Shown one piece after another: positions 24,300 through 37,486 of a DNA stretch of 64,000 bases; the first letter of the stretch is position 1; every line of letters begins with the position of its first letter. Made by a program: the position numbers and the translations under genes. The stretch spans positions 1 to 64,000 of the forward strand of contig CBFFRP010000096.1 of NCBI GenBank assembly GCA_965644295.1, written 5' to 3'. The notes beneath the pieces were generated by a model. It did not search any database, was not told the DNA's origin, and was given only the letters and a program-made list of their open reading frames with translations. This DNA comes from Paraphysomonas bandaiensis. Taxonomy: Eukaryota > Protista > Chrysophyceae.

Positions 24300-25665
24300 A
24301 TGACATTCAGTGAGCCGTCTGCGGTAGAGAGTCAAATAGTTGGCATCATAGGCGTTCTTCTTTACGGATTTATTTTTGTTGTTTCAGTCGTTAATCTGTG
24401 GAGGTCTGAGAAATTGATGCCTCGGTATTTCTTTCTAGCTATGACACTGATGTCGACATTGGAACTCCCTAGATACATAGTCATGGTTATTTTCAGAAGT
24501 TATACCTCTACATTGGCATATTCTTGTCATATCATTGCGAGTTATCTTTACTTTCTCTGTGTCTCACTGGTGTGCTTGATGTGGTGTTGGTTGTTAGAAC
24601 TTGGCGTATACACTAACGTATTATACAGCAAGAGTGGGCTTCTACTTGCCAATGTAGCTCTTGGTCTATCAGCTATTATTGCATGCAGTTTTTGTATTGT
24701 GTCTCCCAATCTGACAACCTTTTTCAGAAGCCCAGTAGATATTGTGTACATGTCAATGGAAGCGGTAGCTATAGTGTTCTATACCACAGTCATATCTATG
24801 TACGGACTTCGATTGATGATGAGGTATGTGTAATTGCCTTCAGTTGAGTTACTTACGTATGGAGCAGATTCAGAAGTTACATGCACGACCGCAGTCATAA
24901 TAATAAGCCCGCACTTACTTTTTTTAACAATGCGCTCACCAAGGTATGCATACGACTTTTACCGCTTATGTTTCGATTTTCACGGGTTATGTGTTGCAAC
25001 TTTCAGGTGACCTTCATGCTAATTACCAGCTGCCTCTGCGCCATCGCGAGACTATCACTACTTCTCCTTAAATTACTTACCTTTCATTCTTCTCTTGCAA
25101 TTCGCTCGGTAAATCTCTGATATATATCCTTTCTATTTCCCTGTAAATCTCCATTCCAACAGGATGTGTTTCCGCAGTACGGTGTGCTCTGGTTCTGTTG
25201 GAGCGATTTCATTCCGCGGGTGTTGGGCTCCATTGCATTGCTCAATATTGTCATTGTTAAAGCACCTGCGGTTACTCATACAAATGGCGATGTCCTCAAG
25301 GTGAGCAGCTCAGAGCATCCAGGTGTAGACTAATATTTGGACAGGATAATACATTGACATTGGATGCTGGATCCCCTGTGCGATCGAGAGCTGCTGACGG
25401 CTGGGTTAGCACTAACAATCCTATAGTAAATAGTCCATCCGGTATGGGCCGTGCAAGTCGCAATACGAGTGTGTGCAGTGGCAGGACTGCAGCACTGGAT
25501 GAGGACCGGGAGAGAGGTGCCGACAGTATATGTTCATCTGTTCCTCCACAAATAACACGATCGGTTAATTTATTTGCTGCATTTTACAACAATATGGCTG
25601 CAGAGGAAGAGGAGATAGCTGCCCGGAATAGAAGCTTGAGTGGGACCAGCTCGTGCTTTGACTAA
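24300..25665 (+). CDS. Multi-pass (~7 TM) membrane protein, possibly THH1/TOM1/GPR137-like; multi-exon
   Basis: Successive hydrophobic helices across exons, short GT-AG introns and a Ser-rich cytoplasmic tail. Confidence 0.65.
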
Positions 25666-26265
25666 ATTATTTACTATGATTGCGACTGTATTCTTTCCTT
25701 GTTGTATTTGTGTATATTTAGCAAGTATATGCTTCTGAAGAGAGTTTTTGTTTCATGTATCTCATTTCACAAATAAGTATCTGTCTTGCCGTTTTTCCAT
25801 TTTTGGAGGCTATTTATATTCGAGCCGGACACATTTTATAAGAGTAGGATAGTTAACAATTGTGACAAGGTAACTATCTAGTTTCCTGTTCACTGCAAAC
25901 CATAAACACATCTAAATCATATATAGTCACTAGTCATTCATAAAAAACTTTTAAGTTTGAGTACCTCGCGGTACAATTCTCAACACTATTTACCCCTAAG
26001 TTTAGATAACTTACTTGAGCTGATGCTAAGGTAGTTGTTGGCTAGTACCATCAGAGGAGTCATATCAAGTGATCACATGGTCGATAGTCGGAAGAGTAGT
26101 TTTGTCGCAGGCACCAAACTAAACGGTGTGCCATTGCTAGGTGTTAGTTTCTTCGTGTCTACGAATATTGCGGTGCTTAAATTCCAATGGTTCAGCTTTG
26201 GTTGGTGTTCCCCATGACTGTCTGCACGAATCCATTGAGGTCTGGAAGGTGACCAAACTATTCGA

Positions 26266-26287
26266 TTAGGGTTAGGGTTAGCTAACC
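26266..26287. repeat. Short interstitial telomeric tract with inverted junction TTAGGGTTAGGGTTAG|CTAACC
   Basis: Read directly from the sequence. Confidence 0.6.
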
Positions 26288-26895
26288 TGGGCTAGAAATA
26301 TTGATTCCTGAGCATTCCCTGAATGAAACAAACATGAGATATTTCTGTAGACTTATTCTTTGATCCTCAATCACTCCCATGTTGCCAGGATAGAGTGGAG
26401 GGGAGGGTTCTTGGGCTGCGCACAACGAATCATCTTCAGACTAGCAGAGAGAGGAAGAGTAAACACAAAGGTTGGATAGAGCATAACAGAGAATGGTGAT
26501 AGATGGGAGGAATTCTTCTAATGGATATTATGCACACCACTCTTGACGTTTATGCATGAAGAAATCTATGCAGAGAATATTCCAATCTTGCAACTATCTA
26601 CGTACACCAGTACAGTATCTTCATACGCTACTCACCCCAAAATCCAAGAAACTCTCAACTCTGCATGAAAAGCGTCCATTTTAGTGAATATTATCACATA
26701 CAAATTCCCTCTATTCGTTTTTTTGAGGTATTTTTTCGCTCTTTGCATAAAAGCTTCTCATCACAACTTGGAAAACACACAGCAGTACGAACGTAGTGTG
26801 GAGTTCATGTTGGTATCAGTGCACTGTGTCTGAGTGTGTCCATATCTGACGTGAATAGACGAGGAATGAGGTATCCAACTGACTGAAGTCGAGTT

Positions 26896-28297
26896 ATGCC
26901 CTATTCTTTCTTCGAGTCTATATTTTTTGGTGTTCCTGGAGTAGGGCTTATCTCGAGCCTCCTTCGCTTCTATGTGCTGTTCTTCTGTTCGATATGGTTC
27001 GAGTTGAGGAGCAAAGACTTCACAGTACTGTCATTTCACAGAGTTGTGGTACTGACAATGCTCTTCATTGGTTTTCCGGCTCTTATGGTGTGGAATCATG
27101 TTGGATTTATCTTAGACGATATACTCTTTCCTGAGTGGAGGAATCAACCTGTAGTCAAGCCTGTGTTTATTGTTGGAAACGCGAGGAGTGGAACGACTTG
27201 GATTCACAGATTATTGGTGGATCTATTGGAAGATAGATTCACCACAATGCTAACATGGGAGATCGTTTTTGCGCCATCTGTAACATGGCGCAGATTATTT
27301 TTATGGTGTTACGATGTGGACCAGCAGATAGGATCCCCTTTATATCGCGCTGTTTGCACCTTTGAAAAGTTCCTGATTGGGGCAGGGCGTGGGCATAAAC
27401 TGCATGAAGTAGGCTTGCAGATGGCGGAGGAAGACGAGTGGCTGATGGCACATATTGGAATGGCGCAGCTACTATGTTTCTTTTTTCCTTATGGAGCAGC
27501 GGTACTATCACCTCTGATCAGTTTCGATCTCCCAAGCCCTGACTCATCGGCTCCCACTCTATGTGGAAGCAGTAGACGGATGGTGCTTGGATTCTATCGG
27601 CAGTGTGTCCAACGACACTTGTATGCCAGGAGGGCGGGAGAGCTGGTATTCTTATCGAAAAATCCGCCCTTCACTCTGCGTATTGAGAGTATTTATGCGA
27701 CGTTCCAGGACTGTAGGGTCGTGTGTATGCTGCGAGATCCTGTTCAGTCCGTGCCGTCTATGGTGTCATATATATCCAAGGTGTATCACACGTTTTGCTC
27801 ACCGCATATCACGTACCCCAATGCCAGGGAGCTATTGCAGTACTGCATATCCCATTATCAATACCCTCTGGAGCAGCTTAACAGCCGTAAACGCCCTTCT
27901 TATCAGTGGGCATTTGTGAAGTATCATAGTCTTCAAACAAACTTGTGCGGAACACTTCTTGAGTTATTAAACTCCTTAGGTATCCTGAAGCCAGAGAGTA
28001 AGCGAAACAAGAACTTTTATAATGCGCTCAGGAAGAAACTCGCTGCGGAGCAACACAGTATATGTAAGCTGAGTTCTGCAAATCTGATCTTTATGAAATT
28101 GTATCGTACCCTTTTACAACCCTCTTTATGTAGGCCATTTCAAATCCACACACAGACATTCTGTACAAGAGTGTTGTGGAATGAGTGAATCTGAGGTGCG
28201 TGTGGAATCATTACTTGTTTGAAGCTCATGCTGTCATACTTCATTGCAGTTGAAGAGCATACTCAGGGTTGTCTATCAGGCCCATCAATTTGAGTAG
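26896..28297 (+). CDS. Sulfotransferase family protein (Sulfotransfer_3 type) with N-terminal TM segments
   Basis: PVFIVGNARSGTTWIHRLL (5'-PSB loop), LSKNP, MLRDPVQSVPS (3'-PB); spliced 3' exons end TAG at 28297. Confidence 0.9.
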
Positions 28298-28678
28298 CTG
28301 TTCATTATATCCCCAACTCATGAATTCAAGAGTTGTACTTTATTGATACATGATCGCGCCTAATGGGGTAAAACTTTCCAGCACTGGACAAGTATTTGAC
28401 GCTCTTTGTTATGTGATTAATGCAGGTTGTCTACCCTTTTTTCAGGATTTTTAATTGAGACGACATATCTTATAAATAAAACTTCCCTCAAATTTTACCA
28501 TGAGTTAGGTTTCTATTAATTTGTACGGGCCTAAGAACAGCTACTGTTTTGTGTATAATTTTAGTAATCGAATTTATCCAAGAAAGCCTAGATATTATTA
28601 GCTCGAGTGCTTGACTAACTAAAGTAGAAATGGAACTGCACAATTTCTTTATGCTATTTCGTATATAGTATATCGAAT

Positions 28679-29820
28679 CAGGGCTGCGTATCAATTTATT
28701 GATTTTAAATTAATTGTCAATTTGTAATAATTGAAATTGGGACATCGAATCATAATTGCAATTATAATTGACTCCAGCTCGCTTCAATTAATTGTCAAGT
28801 AATTGCAATTAATTGATATAAGAAACCCACCTTTCATGCTGAAAAGTTGTTAAACAATTTTTTAGGATAAAATTCGAATATTGGTGAAAGACTAACTATA
28901 ATATCCATTGGATTATCTCACATAGAAGTTCATATAACTTATTAGCAATATGAGCGGCAAATTGGCACCAGAAGTCATTGCACGAGTGTTATTTTAGAAA
29001 GTAAATGATAATAACGAAGAGGCTGTAATAGGGATTTGTCCTGCAGGAAAAGGGGCTCCACATTTTCCATGATTGACCGCTAGTCATATGCGACCATTCG
29101 AGTTTAGTTCCGACGTGTTAAGTCTAATGCTAAGTGAAATGGAGCATGCCAAGCTCGTGCAATACGGGAGAAATAGGAATTGTTTTAACTAGTGTCCTTA
29201 CAATTGAATTACAGAAGTAAGGTTAACACGAGCTTGACCTCCACGACATTTGTACATTGATTGACGCACCCGATTGCTGAGCGTTATCTGGGCGACAGTG
29301 CTGCTATTATTCATAACGCTGCTTTCGAAAAGGTAGTTGTGAAGATTCGATGTGGCAACGAAGCCGTAACTCGGACGGCAAAGGATCAAACTATAATATA
29401 TTTGTTCGATGAGGAAGAAGAAGATTATGACGGTGCAAGTCTAGTTCCGAATGGCGACGCCGCGCAACGTTTGATTGGTTGTAGCAGGCAGCGGAAGCGA
29501 GCAAGACTTAACCAGCAAACTCGTTACCGATGAAACGCTTGCATACCAAAACCAATAAGGTTGAAAGGTTATTCAGTAGAGCTACGATTGTTATGACGGG
29601 CTTGCGCAAGAGCTTGACTCCTCAACTTTTAAGAGCTAATTATGTTTTTACGCATGAATCGTCGCCTCTGGAATGAAATGACAGTTGAGGTAGCTATTTT
29701 GGCAGCTAGTGTATTTTAGTACTAAATAATTGCAATTAATTGCAGTTAATTGCAATAGTTGAAATTGAGACAGCAAGTAATAATTGCAATTATAATTGAC
29801 TGCAAGGGGGAATCATAATT
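28679..29820 (+). mobile_element. Decayed hAT DNA transposon with C-terminal transposase/dimerisation-domain remnant
   Basis: 5' CAGGGCTGCGTA terminus; AATTGCAATTA subterminal arrays at both ends; 29550-29700 translates (one frameshift) as TNKVERLFSRATIVMTGLRKSLTPQLL/ELIMFLRMNRRLW. Confidence 0.85.
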
Positions 29821-30200
29821 ACTTGTCTAAAGTCTAAACACTTCACAACATATATATGTAACATCTGGAGAACGTCTGTTCTCCTTTAAACTTGCTTATC
29901 ATAAGTGTTTCCAGGTTATTATTTCATACCATATAAATAACAACCCCATGCCCCTAAACCATTCATTAATAATGGTCTGACCAGATCAGATTTCTCATTA
30001 TCAAGCACAGGTTTATATTACCAGGTGATATAGCTCCTCGACTTGTTGCATGTGCCGTGAAATTATCAAGTTCACTGCTTTCATAGTCATTACTTCTATT
30101 CGAGACACCATAGTCATTACGTACTTGAGATGCGTACGAATAATTAAATCAAAAGTACCTCAACACTTACCCACAAACGACTGCGTAAATATAAAATAAC

Positions 30201-32977
30201 TTAAAAGCACACAGGGTACGATGATCCCCTGTCGACACTGTGGTAGTCGTGCCCTGCGTCGCCTCGAGTTCGTTCCATGTAATTAATAGCTGCACACCAG
30301 GACGAAGACAGAGTCCCCACAAAGAAATCGGCTTGGATGGATACGTATAGGTTCGCCATTGACAAGACAAAGTCCTGGAAAAAGTCAACATGGTCGATTG
30401 ATTTTACTGTGTGAATGGCTTCGTGTCTAGTCTGCTGTAGGTAATGAAAGCTGTATTGCGGATAGTCTCTACGTATGCAGAGTTAGTGCACAATCTCATG
30501 GCATCATTGACAATACCTGGTTAAATTTCGAATCACATCAACTGTTTCGGTGGACACAAATACATGTCGAATATGTGGAGCCTTGGTAGACAAGATGTGC
30601 ATATACTGTTTGAGGGGAACTGGCGAGACTTCAATAGCTTTCTCTCCGTAGCGCACATGCATGCTGGCAAAAGGATGCGGAGGGAACGAGGATGGACTAG
30701 GAGCGATGCGTCCACGAACAGCTTCCTTCAAGTATTCTGAAAACCACCTCCTCGGGCGTAATATGTACCTTGCCATTTGTGCCATCCAAGGCATTTTCTG
30801 AATACCCATGAATTTCCGGAACTCTAAGCGCGATTCCGTTTCACTTCTATGGTGGTCGAAAAGAGACCTGCCCCTAACAGTAGTCCCGTCAAAAAACGCC
30901 GTGCTTCCATCCCAGGGACTACCACAGACGGTACATTTTCCTGTCCACGACATCTGGAACATCGCCAATGTTTTCATATCCCGATAAGGATACTCCTCTA
31001 TCTCGTGACCATTCGCCAGCACATATGCATCCGCCATCTCATCGTCCGAGGGGCGGCATGACGTGAGCGGTCGGAAAAAGCATTCAAATAGTGAGTCTTC
31101 GCATAGTGAATGCATCCATCTGTTATGTGTCTTTGGGTTTCTTATGAACCGTCTCGGTGTCAAATAGAGTATTCGGTCGTTGCATATGGCAAACCGCATC
31201 ATGACAGCAATCTGCGCCAGCATACTGCCGATTCCATTTTTTTCAGTTGACGGCTCAAAGAGAAGGTACTTGGCCCCTGAACAGCCACGCCTTTGATGTT
31301 CAGTACCAGAGTTCATAGAGCCTGAAGGGTTCTGCCAAATTTCCAGGCGACGCTGAAACTCCAAAGTATGATTGCACCAAAGAGGATCCGTGCAAATGAG
31401 GGGATCATATTGTATATCAAAGGGTTCTGGAAGTGGATCCCCACCTCCTGAGCAACGCCCTGTTGTCATCAGTTCGGCATACATCTCACTCAGATATATC
31501 ACGCAAGCAGACAAGCCGTCATCAAGCTGCTGTTGCTCAAGAAGGGAGCTGAGAGTACTCATCTCAATCATGCCAACGCAATAGTAGTCCGCGTAGGCAG
31601 TTGCAGAGGCGGCAGTAAGGTGTGGTGGAAAGCGCAATGTGTAGGTCGGAAAGATATCGATTTCTGATGATCGTTGGGCAGCATCGCCCATTGAGGTGTA
31701 TCCATCAGTACGCACACTAAACGGTACTGGGAACGGTTGGAGAGGAGGAACAGGTGTGTCAAGATAGGTTGCGAGGTCGAACGCAACCGAAAAACTAGTA
31801 GGGATACTAATATGCGGACACCCGCGTGCAAAGATTGGGAGACTCATTTCAGTTGGTGTTAATCCTCCATCTCCATCTCTTTGTCTGATGCGCCGCACCT
31901 TGAAATTACCAGTAGAGCTTATCTCTTGTGTCCACGACCCAGAAACAATCGAGAACCAACTGACTGCAACGAAGTCATTACCTGAATATTGACCATCCAC
32001 TTCATACAATTCAGTCGTATGCAATACCTCCTCCTGATACGCAAAATATATATCATACTACAAAAGTAGAATCATTAGACGGTGTGACGTATGGTATGAC
32101 ACTGGCTTGCCTCCTCCAATAGAAACATGCCGGGGCGAAAGGGAAACAGAAGGAAGTCGCCTGTGTGGTCACTAGACATCCTTACATAGAAGTCATGGGC
32201 GGTAGCAATAGGGACACCAACGATGCCGATAACAACAAGGGAATCTAATTCCGAAGCTGATATCGGGAAGGCTCTGATGGTCTCTGATCGCACCACTGTA
32301 GACACGTGCCAAAAAACTGCATAGCCTGCACACCACAACTTACAAGAACGAGAATAGCTGCACACGCCAATACCTTCAGATGTAAGGAGCTCTATAACAT
32401 CTCTCGAAGGAGTGGAGAAGTCATTTGACAGATAAAGGAGTGGTTTACATTTCATCAGAATATTCGAGTTGTGAAGTAAAAGACTGCTGACGTCGGATAA
32501 TTTAATGAGAGTGGGGCAAGTAGAGCCAAAGTTGGCCTGGGACACAATATTTGTAATCGTGTCAATCGTCACGGCAGGTTTAGTTGTATCATTGCTAATG
32601 TATTGCAGATGGCCTGTAGCAAAAAGAACATTGGCACTCAGATGCTCACGACAATTCACTACATAATCAAACGCTGTTTTAGCTTGTTCAATTCCGACGA
32701 AGTGATTTTTTTCTCCGAAATGAGAAGCTAATTGAAATATGTGATATGCAGTCTGTGAATCGACCTCCACATACACGGAGCCGCTGTGCAGCACTGTCCT
32801 TAAGAAGTTTTGTACCTCTGGTTGCCATTCGCCATAACGACGAAGAAAATGAAGTGATGAGTGATTGTGGGAACTGTTGCTGCATTTTGTTATGATGCTC
32901 TCATCGAGATCATTAGAGAAGCACACTCCTCTGGCCAATACAATACAGCATGTGGTAAACCAGAGAATATGGTGCAT
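30201..32977 (-). CDS. Secretory-pathway protein: signal peptide, degenerate FkbM-like methyltransferase fold, C-terminal GT23 alpha-1,6-fucosyltransferase-like domain; multi-exon
   Basis: N-terminal ILWFTTCCIVLARG; YGEW..TVLHSGSVYVEV..PTLIKL..CKPLLYL; GIGSML, FECFFRPLTSC, SMHVRYGEK..E, VFVSTE, last exon ADFFVGTLSSSW. Confidence 0.75.
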
Positions 32978-33236
32978 ACAGTGCGATAGAGACAATGATT
33001 CGAGGAGGCGAAGAAGTGGATTTGATGTTACTGTGTACTGCTCTGTTCACCTGTAAGGCACTTGCATGTGCAGAGGGACCGTGTCATCAACTACACGATA
33101 TCCATCGTATGTACTTCTATTGCTAAGGGATCAGTGATCTTGTTCCAGTACCGAGGCACCATATCCAGATACCGTACACAGCATCAGGGCGAAGACAGGC
33201 AGGAAGTGGAAGTGAGCCCAACACTATGAACAGCAT

Positions 33237-33514
33237 CATACATACATACATACATACATACATACATACATACATACATACATACATACATACATACATA
33301 CATACATACATACATACATACATACATACATACATACATACATACATACATACATACATACATACATACATACATACATACATACATACATACATACATA
33401 CATACATACATACATACATACATACATACATACATACATACATACATACATACATACATACATACATACATACATACATACATACATACATACATACATA
33501 CATACATACATACA
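33237..33514 (+). repeat. (CATA)n microsatellite, ~69 units, in a divergent promoter region
   Basis: Perfect tetranucleotide array. Confidence 0.98.
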
Positions 33515-33797
33515 CCCCTCACCGCATAGAGAGTGCCGCATACATGTACATGTCCGTACACTGCTGTACTGGGTGAGTGTATACAGTAGTATACAGTAGT
33601 ATACAGTGAATCAGCACCTTTTCGTCTCGCTTCTGTCTCATATGCGTGCCCGTGTATGCTACACTGCCATATGAACACTCTGGCTCTGTAGACTAGCAGA
33701 TCATCCGCTGGAATGAGATGAACATGAGGGGGACTGCACTGGGTTAGATACTGACGAATTTGATATCAGTTGAAGCATAATTTACGAGTTATTATCT

Positions 33798-35736
33798 ATG
33801 TCTGGAGTCGACAGTATTGAGGTGAAGGATCTTTCATCCCTGCCGAATATTATGGCCGTTGAAATGCCATGTTTAGTACAGAGTCCTGAAGCGACTGCGG
33901 AGATGCTGGGCGGATATGAGGCTATATCCCGTGCAGTTGACTCTCAACTTCCTCATATGGTCGCCAGCTTGCCTTCAAGCGTGCATCCCCATCAGATAAG
34001 GGGAAGGGTGGTGGGGGCTAACGGCATTCTTCTGCGTGTTCGGCGTAAGAAGAAGTCAGGTGCAGGAAATGTGCCGGAATCATTCGGAGCAACTGTTATC
34101 GGTCGTGTTCAGAGTTGCTGTAAGTTTGATACTCCATGTGACTACAAGGTACGTCACGCTGCACGTATTGACTAGTGTTGACTTGATGTGATATACAGTT
34201 CGTGGCAATGTCGCAGCTGCCTAGTTATAACCCTCAACGCTCTGTTATTGAGATAATGCCGAGTAGATTTTTGAGACATAAGAATACCTCAGGTCCGCTG
34301 CATTTGTTCCTCAGCCATGGTGAGCAGGTGGCCAAGGAACGTTCGAAAAAAGAAGATGGCGTATTCTTCAAGTACGGAGAGACTCTTCCAGGTGAAGCAG
34401 CTTTTCCTCCTCTTGCGAGAGAAGATTCCACACTGCACGTTGGTTCTCGTGAAAGAGTGCGCACCTTTCTCACTACCGCCTTCAGCCTCCGCGAGTGTTG
34501 GTCAAGACATGATTTGATGTCTCTTTGCGCCGCCTGGGTGCTGCAGGTGGAAAACTTGGCTGGGGTTCCTGTCACTGACAGAGAAACAGTGCTGACGGAC
34601 CTGTCTACAGAGTTACGCGTCATTGCTTTCAAGTTTTCATCTGGACCATGGAAAAACCTTTGGGTACGCCGCGGTTTTAACCCTCTTGCTTCCCCATCTG
34701 CCTGCTTGCAGCAGGTAATTGAAGCCCGCATTCCACATCGTGAGTTAAAGGCCATGATCAGCAGGTAAAACCATTCAACTCATTAGCAGACTAATATCGC
34801 ATATTGCTTAGATTAGCAGCAGTATGCCCTGTTGACAGAGTGGTGGATCTCGATACCATGCAGTTCCTCCCAGCAGATGACATTTGGTATCGAATATATA
34901 ATCAGCTTCGAATTACACATCCTCAAGCCCAAGTTCAAGTGATCTGCTTCGGAAGACCATTGACCACTCAGCCCAAGATGCAGTTGTGTGCGGTGCAAGA
35001 TGAGAGAATACTTCAGTTTGTGCAGCAAATTCACTCTGCTCGCCCTAATTCATTATCTCAAGCTTCTAATAACAGTAGAGTTGACGAGGTGGCAGGGGCT
35101 TATAAAGAATGCACCAAGTCCTGTGGTTGGCTCACGAGTGACGAGATAGAAGGCGCACGAAAAACTCTACAAAAGGTTGTGGCGATGCGAGTAGATGAAT
35201 TTCTTGCACGCCATTCTACCAGCGACTCAGCTGCACAGAAGGAAGACAACAGTGCTGGATATGCCTCAGGTGATACAGAGGACTGTTTTGAGTATCTGCG
35301 TCGTAGCCATCCGCTGGCGTGGCGAGAAAGATACGATCCATATCTCCATGGTTGGGATGTATGCGCAGCAAGTAGTAGTACACCTCTACGAAATCGTAAT
35401 GGAGGTGAGTCTATTCAGTATGTTGAGGGAAATAACAATACGATGATGCACTTATCAGACTCGAACTCTGTATGGAAAGAAGATGCTAGAAAAAACAATG
35501 ACCACAGCGACGAAGATGATGATAGCACCCCCATTTTATCAACGAAACGTCCTCGTCGTGACGATACCAGATCGCCTGATCTAAATATAGACCGTGAAGA
35601 GATGCATCCGGAGTCTAGTAGTGATTCAAGCGTCAGTGAAGAGGAGAATAATGACCATGCTGTGCAACCGTTTGAGATATTTGAAGATAGTGGGGAGCTG
35701 ACAGATAGTTCTAGTGATGAGAGTTTTGTTGTATGA
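33798..35736 (+). CDS. GTF3C5: RNA polymerase III transcription factor IIIC subunit 5 (Tau95/Tfc1); multi-exon
   Basis: AVEMPCLVQS..AEMLGG, LLRVRRKK, ATVIGRV...FDTPCDY, AFKFSSGPWKNLWVRRGFNP; acidic C-terminal tail. Confidence 0.85.
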
Positions 35737-36576
35737 TAATCGTAAAATATTCTTTTTTATGTATCACTTATCACAGTTCCATTGCAGAATGCATCTCTTG
35801 TGACAATGTATTGTTAAAGTTCCATAGTGTGTCAGTCAAGTCTTGAGTGATTACTTACATATTTCTAACGCAAAACAGAGTGAGTCTGATTTAACAAGTC
35901 GTAATACTATATTACGTATAGAGCCTTTCTATTTTCATTAAATAATGAGTATTCCTTGAAGGCCCAGCATAAAGCGTACCCGAATATGTGGATACGATTG
36001 GCAGTCACTTCTCTTCATATACACAATAGGAGTGAGCGAATAGTATATACCATTGACCTCTGAAGGTGATGTATAATTTATTAAAACCTTTACTTAACAT
36101 AATATAGTACAGAATGCTTCTACAGACATTAAGTATAATTGAACCTGTAATACTCTAAGATTAATATATATTATTGTATATCTAATGCTTTGTCAGATAT
36201 GACAGGATTATCTCATCTCTGGGGAAAATTAATGCTGACACCACCAACTTATACTCTCGGACTCAATTTAACATTACCAAGAAGAGAGTCATTGCTATAG
36301 AATTTCTACACTAACCCATAACACAATCCAATCACTAAGCTATTAGAGCTCATCGACAACTATTCTGATGCTATTAGATACTTAGCTATACATTCTGCAT
36401 TCACTGTTGATTCGAGATCATGTTGCTGGAGAACAACTGGACCTAATAAATTTTGAAGAGAGGTTAAAGATTTATGAACGGGAGAAGATTTCATACTCTC
36501 AGTAGTATTCAACAAAGTGGTGACGTGAATGTTATCTATTACAAACCATGTAATTAAGGTTAGATTCTTAGAATAA

Positions 36577-37096
36577 CAGTAGTGAATGTCATATTATAAG
36601 CAATAGGTGTTTGAGTGTCAGAACTAATTTAGCATTGAAATTTAACAAAGTAGTGCTATCCTACTCTGATATCCAAAGCTGCTTGTGAATCACCGCAGGT
36701 GTAGCCATTTTCGCTCTATCACTCAAATCAAACGTAGTAGTGAGAAAGTAGAATGTCGATATACCTGACATCTGCTGACTTCACAATTTTTGAGTCCTTA
36801 AGGTGAACAGCCCGGATGCTTGACTTCAGCAGGCAGCTCAATACCCCGGATGCCCTTTTGGTGGGCTCAGTCATGGATGCGTGTTTTTTTTCGGCAGAGC
36901 TCAAAGTCTTCTACAACAGTGACACCTTGTACTGGCTATGAGTGGGCAGAACGTTTGCGTTCTCTCTCTATGTTTGCGGCTCACATTAGAATCCCAGATA
37001 ATGTACTTATCCCCCAGAACCCAGAACATCACGAATATCTGCGGTACTTATCCTCTAGAACACCACAAAAAGGTGCGAGTCCGACTCCATTGAGGA
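36577..37096 (+). repeat. Dispersed repeat family A, near full-length copy (~520 bp)
   Basis: Colinear with the copies at 44205-45437 and 62921-63243. Confidence 0.88.
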
Positions 37097-37486
37097 CTAG
37101 TATAAAATAAAACATAAAGTACAATGTAAGGTCATTGCACTTTAGTTTCTTATCGATAATTATTAATACATTATACTTCTATGTCTTTTCGTATATTATA
37201 CATCACGTATAATGTACTGTCTTAACGGTTTCATGAGAGAATAACCCATGCTATATAAAACTGTCTTCGCACTATAAATCTAGAGTAGAATGCAAATGGT
37301 ATTCGTTATTCTGTCTTAATTGAGATATGATATAATATAATATACACACCTCACAATACAATTATGCTTTTTTATTTTCACATTATTGCACGAAACATAA
37401 GGACAAAAGGAGTTTTAAAATATTTTACTTATTTTAAATAAATCAGAGAACACTCCCACGACCACTAAAATGTCCTGCTGCTTAAA

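Noticed and set aside
33123-33678. ORFs of MYVC/IHTY repeats
   Set aside because: Translations of the (CATA)n microsatellite, not genes
36808-36880. GCCCGGATG start resembling tRNA-Sec or a tRNA-derived SINE head
   Set aside because: No cloverleaf, acceptor pairing or B-box (GTTCRA) follows
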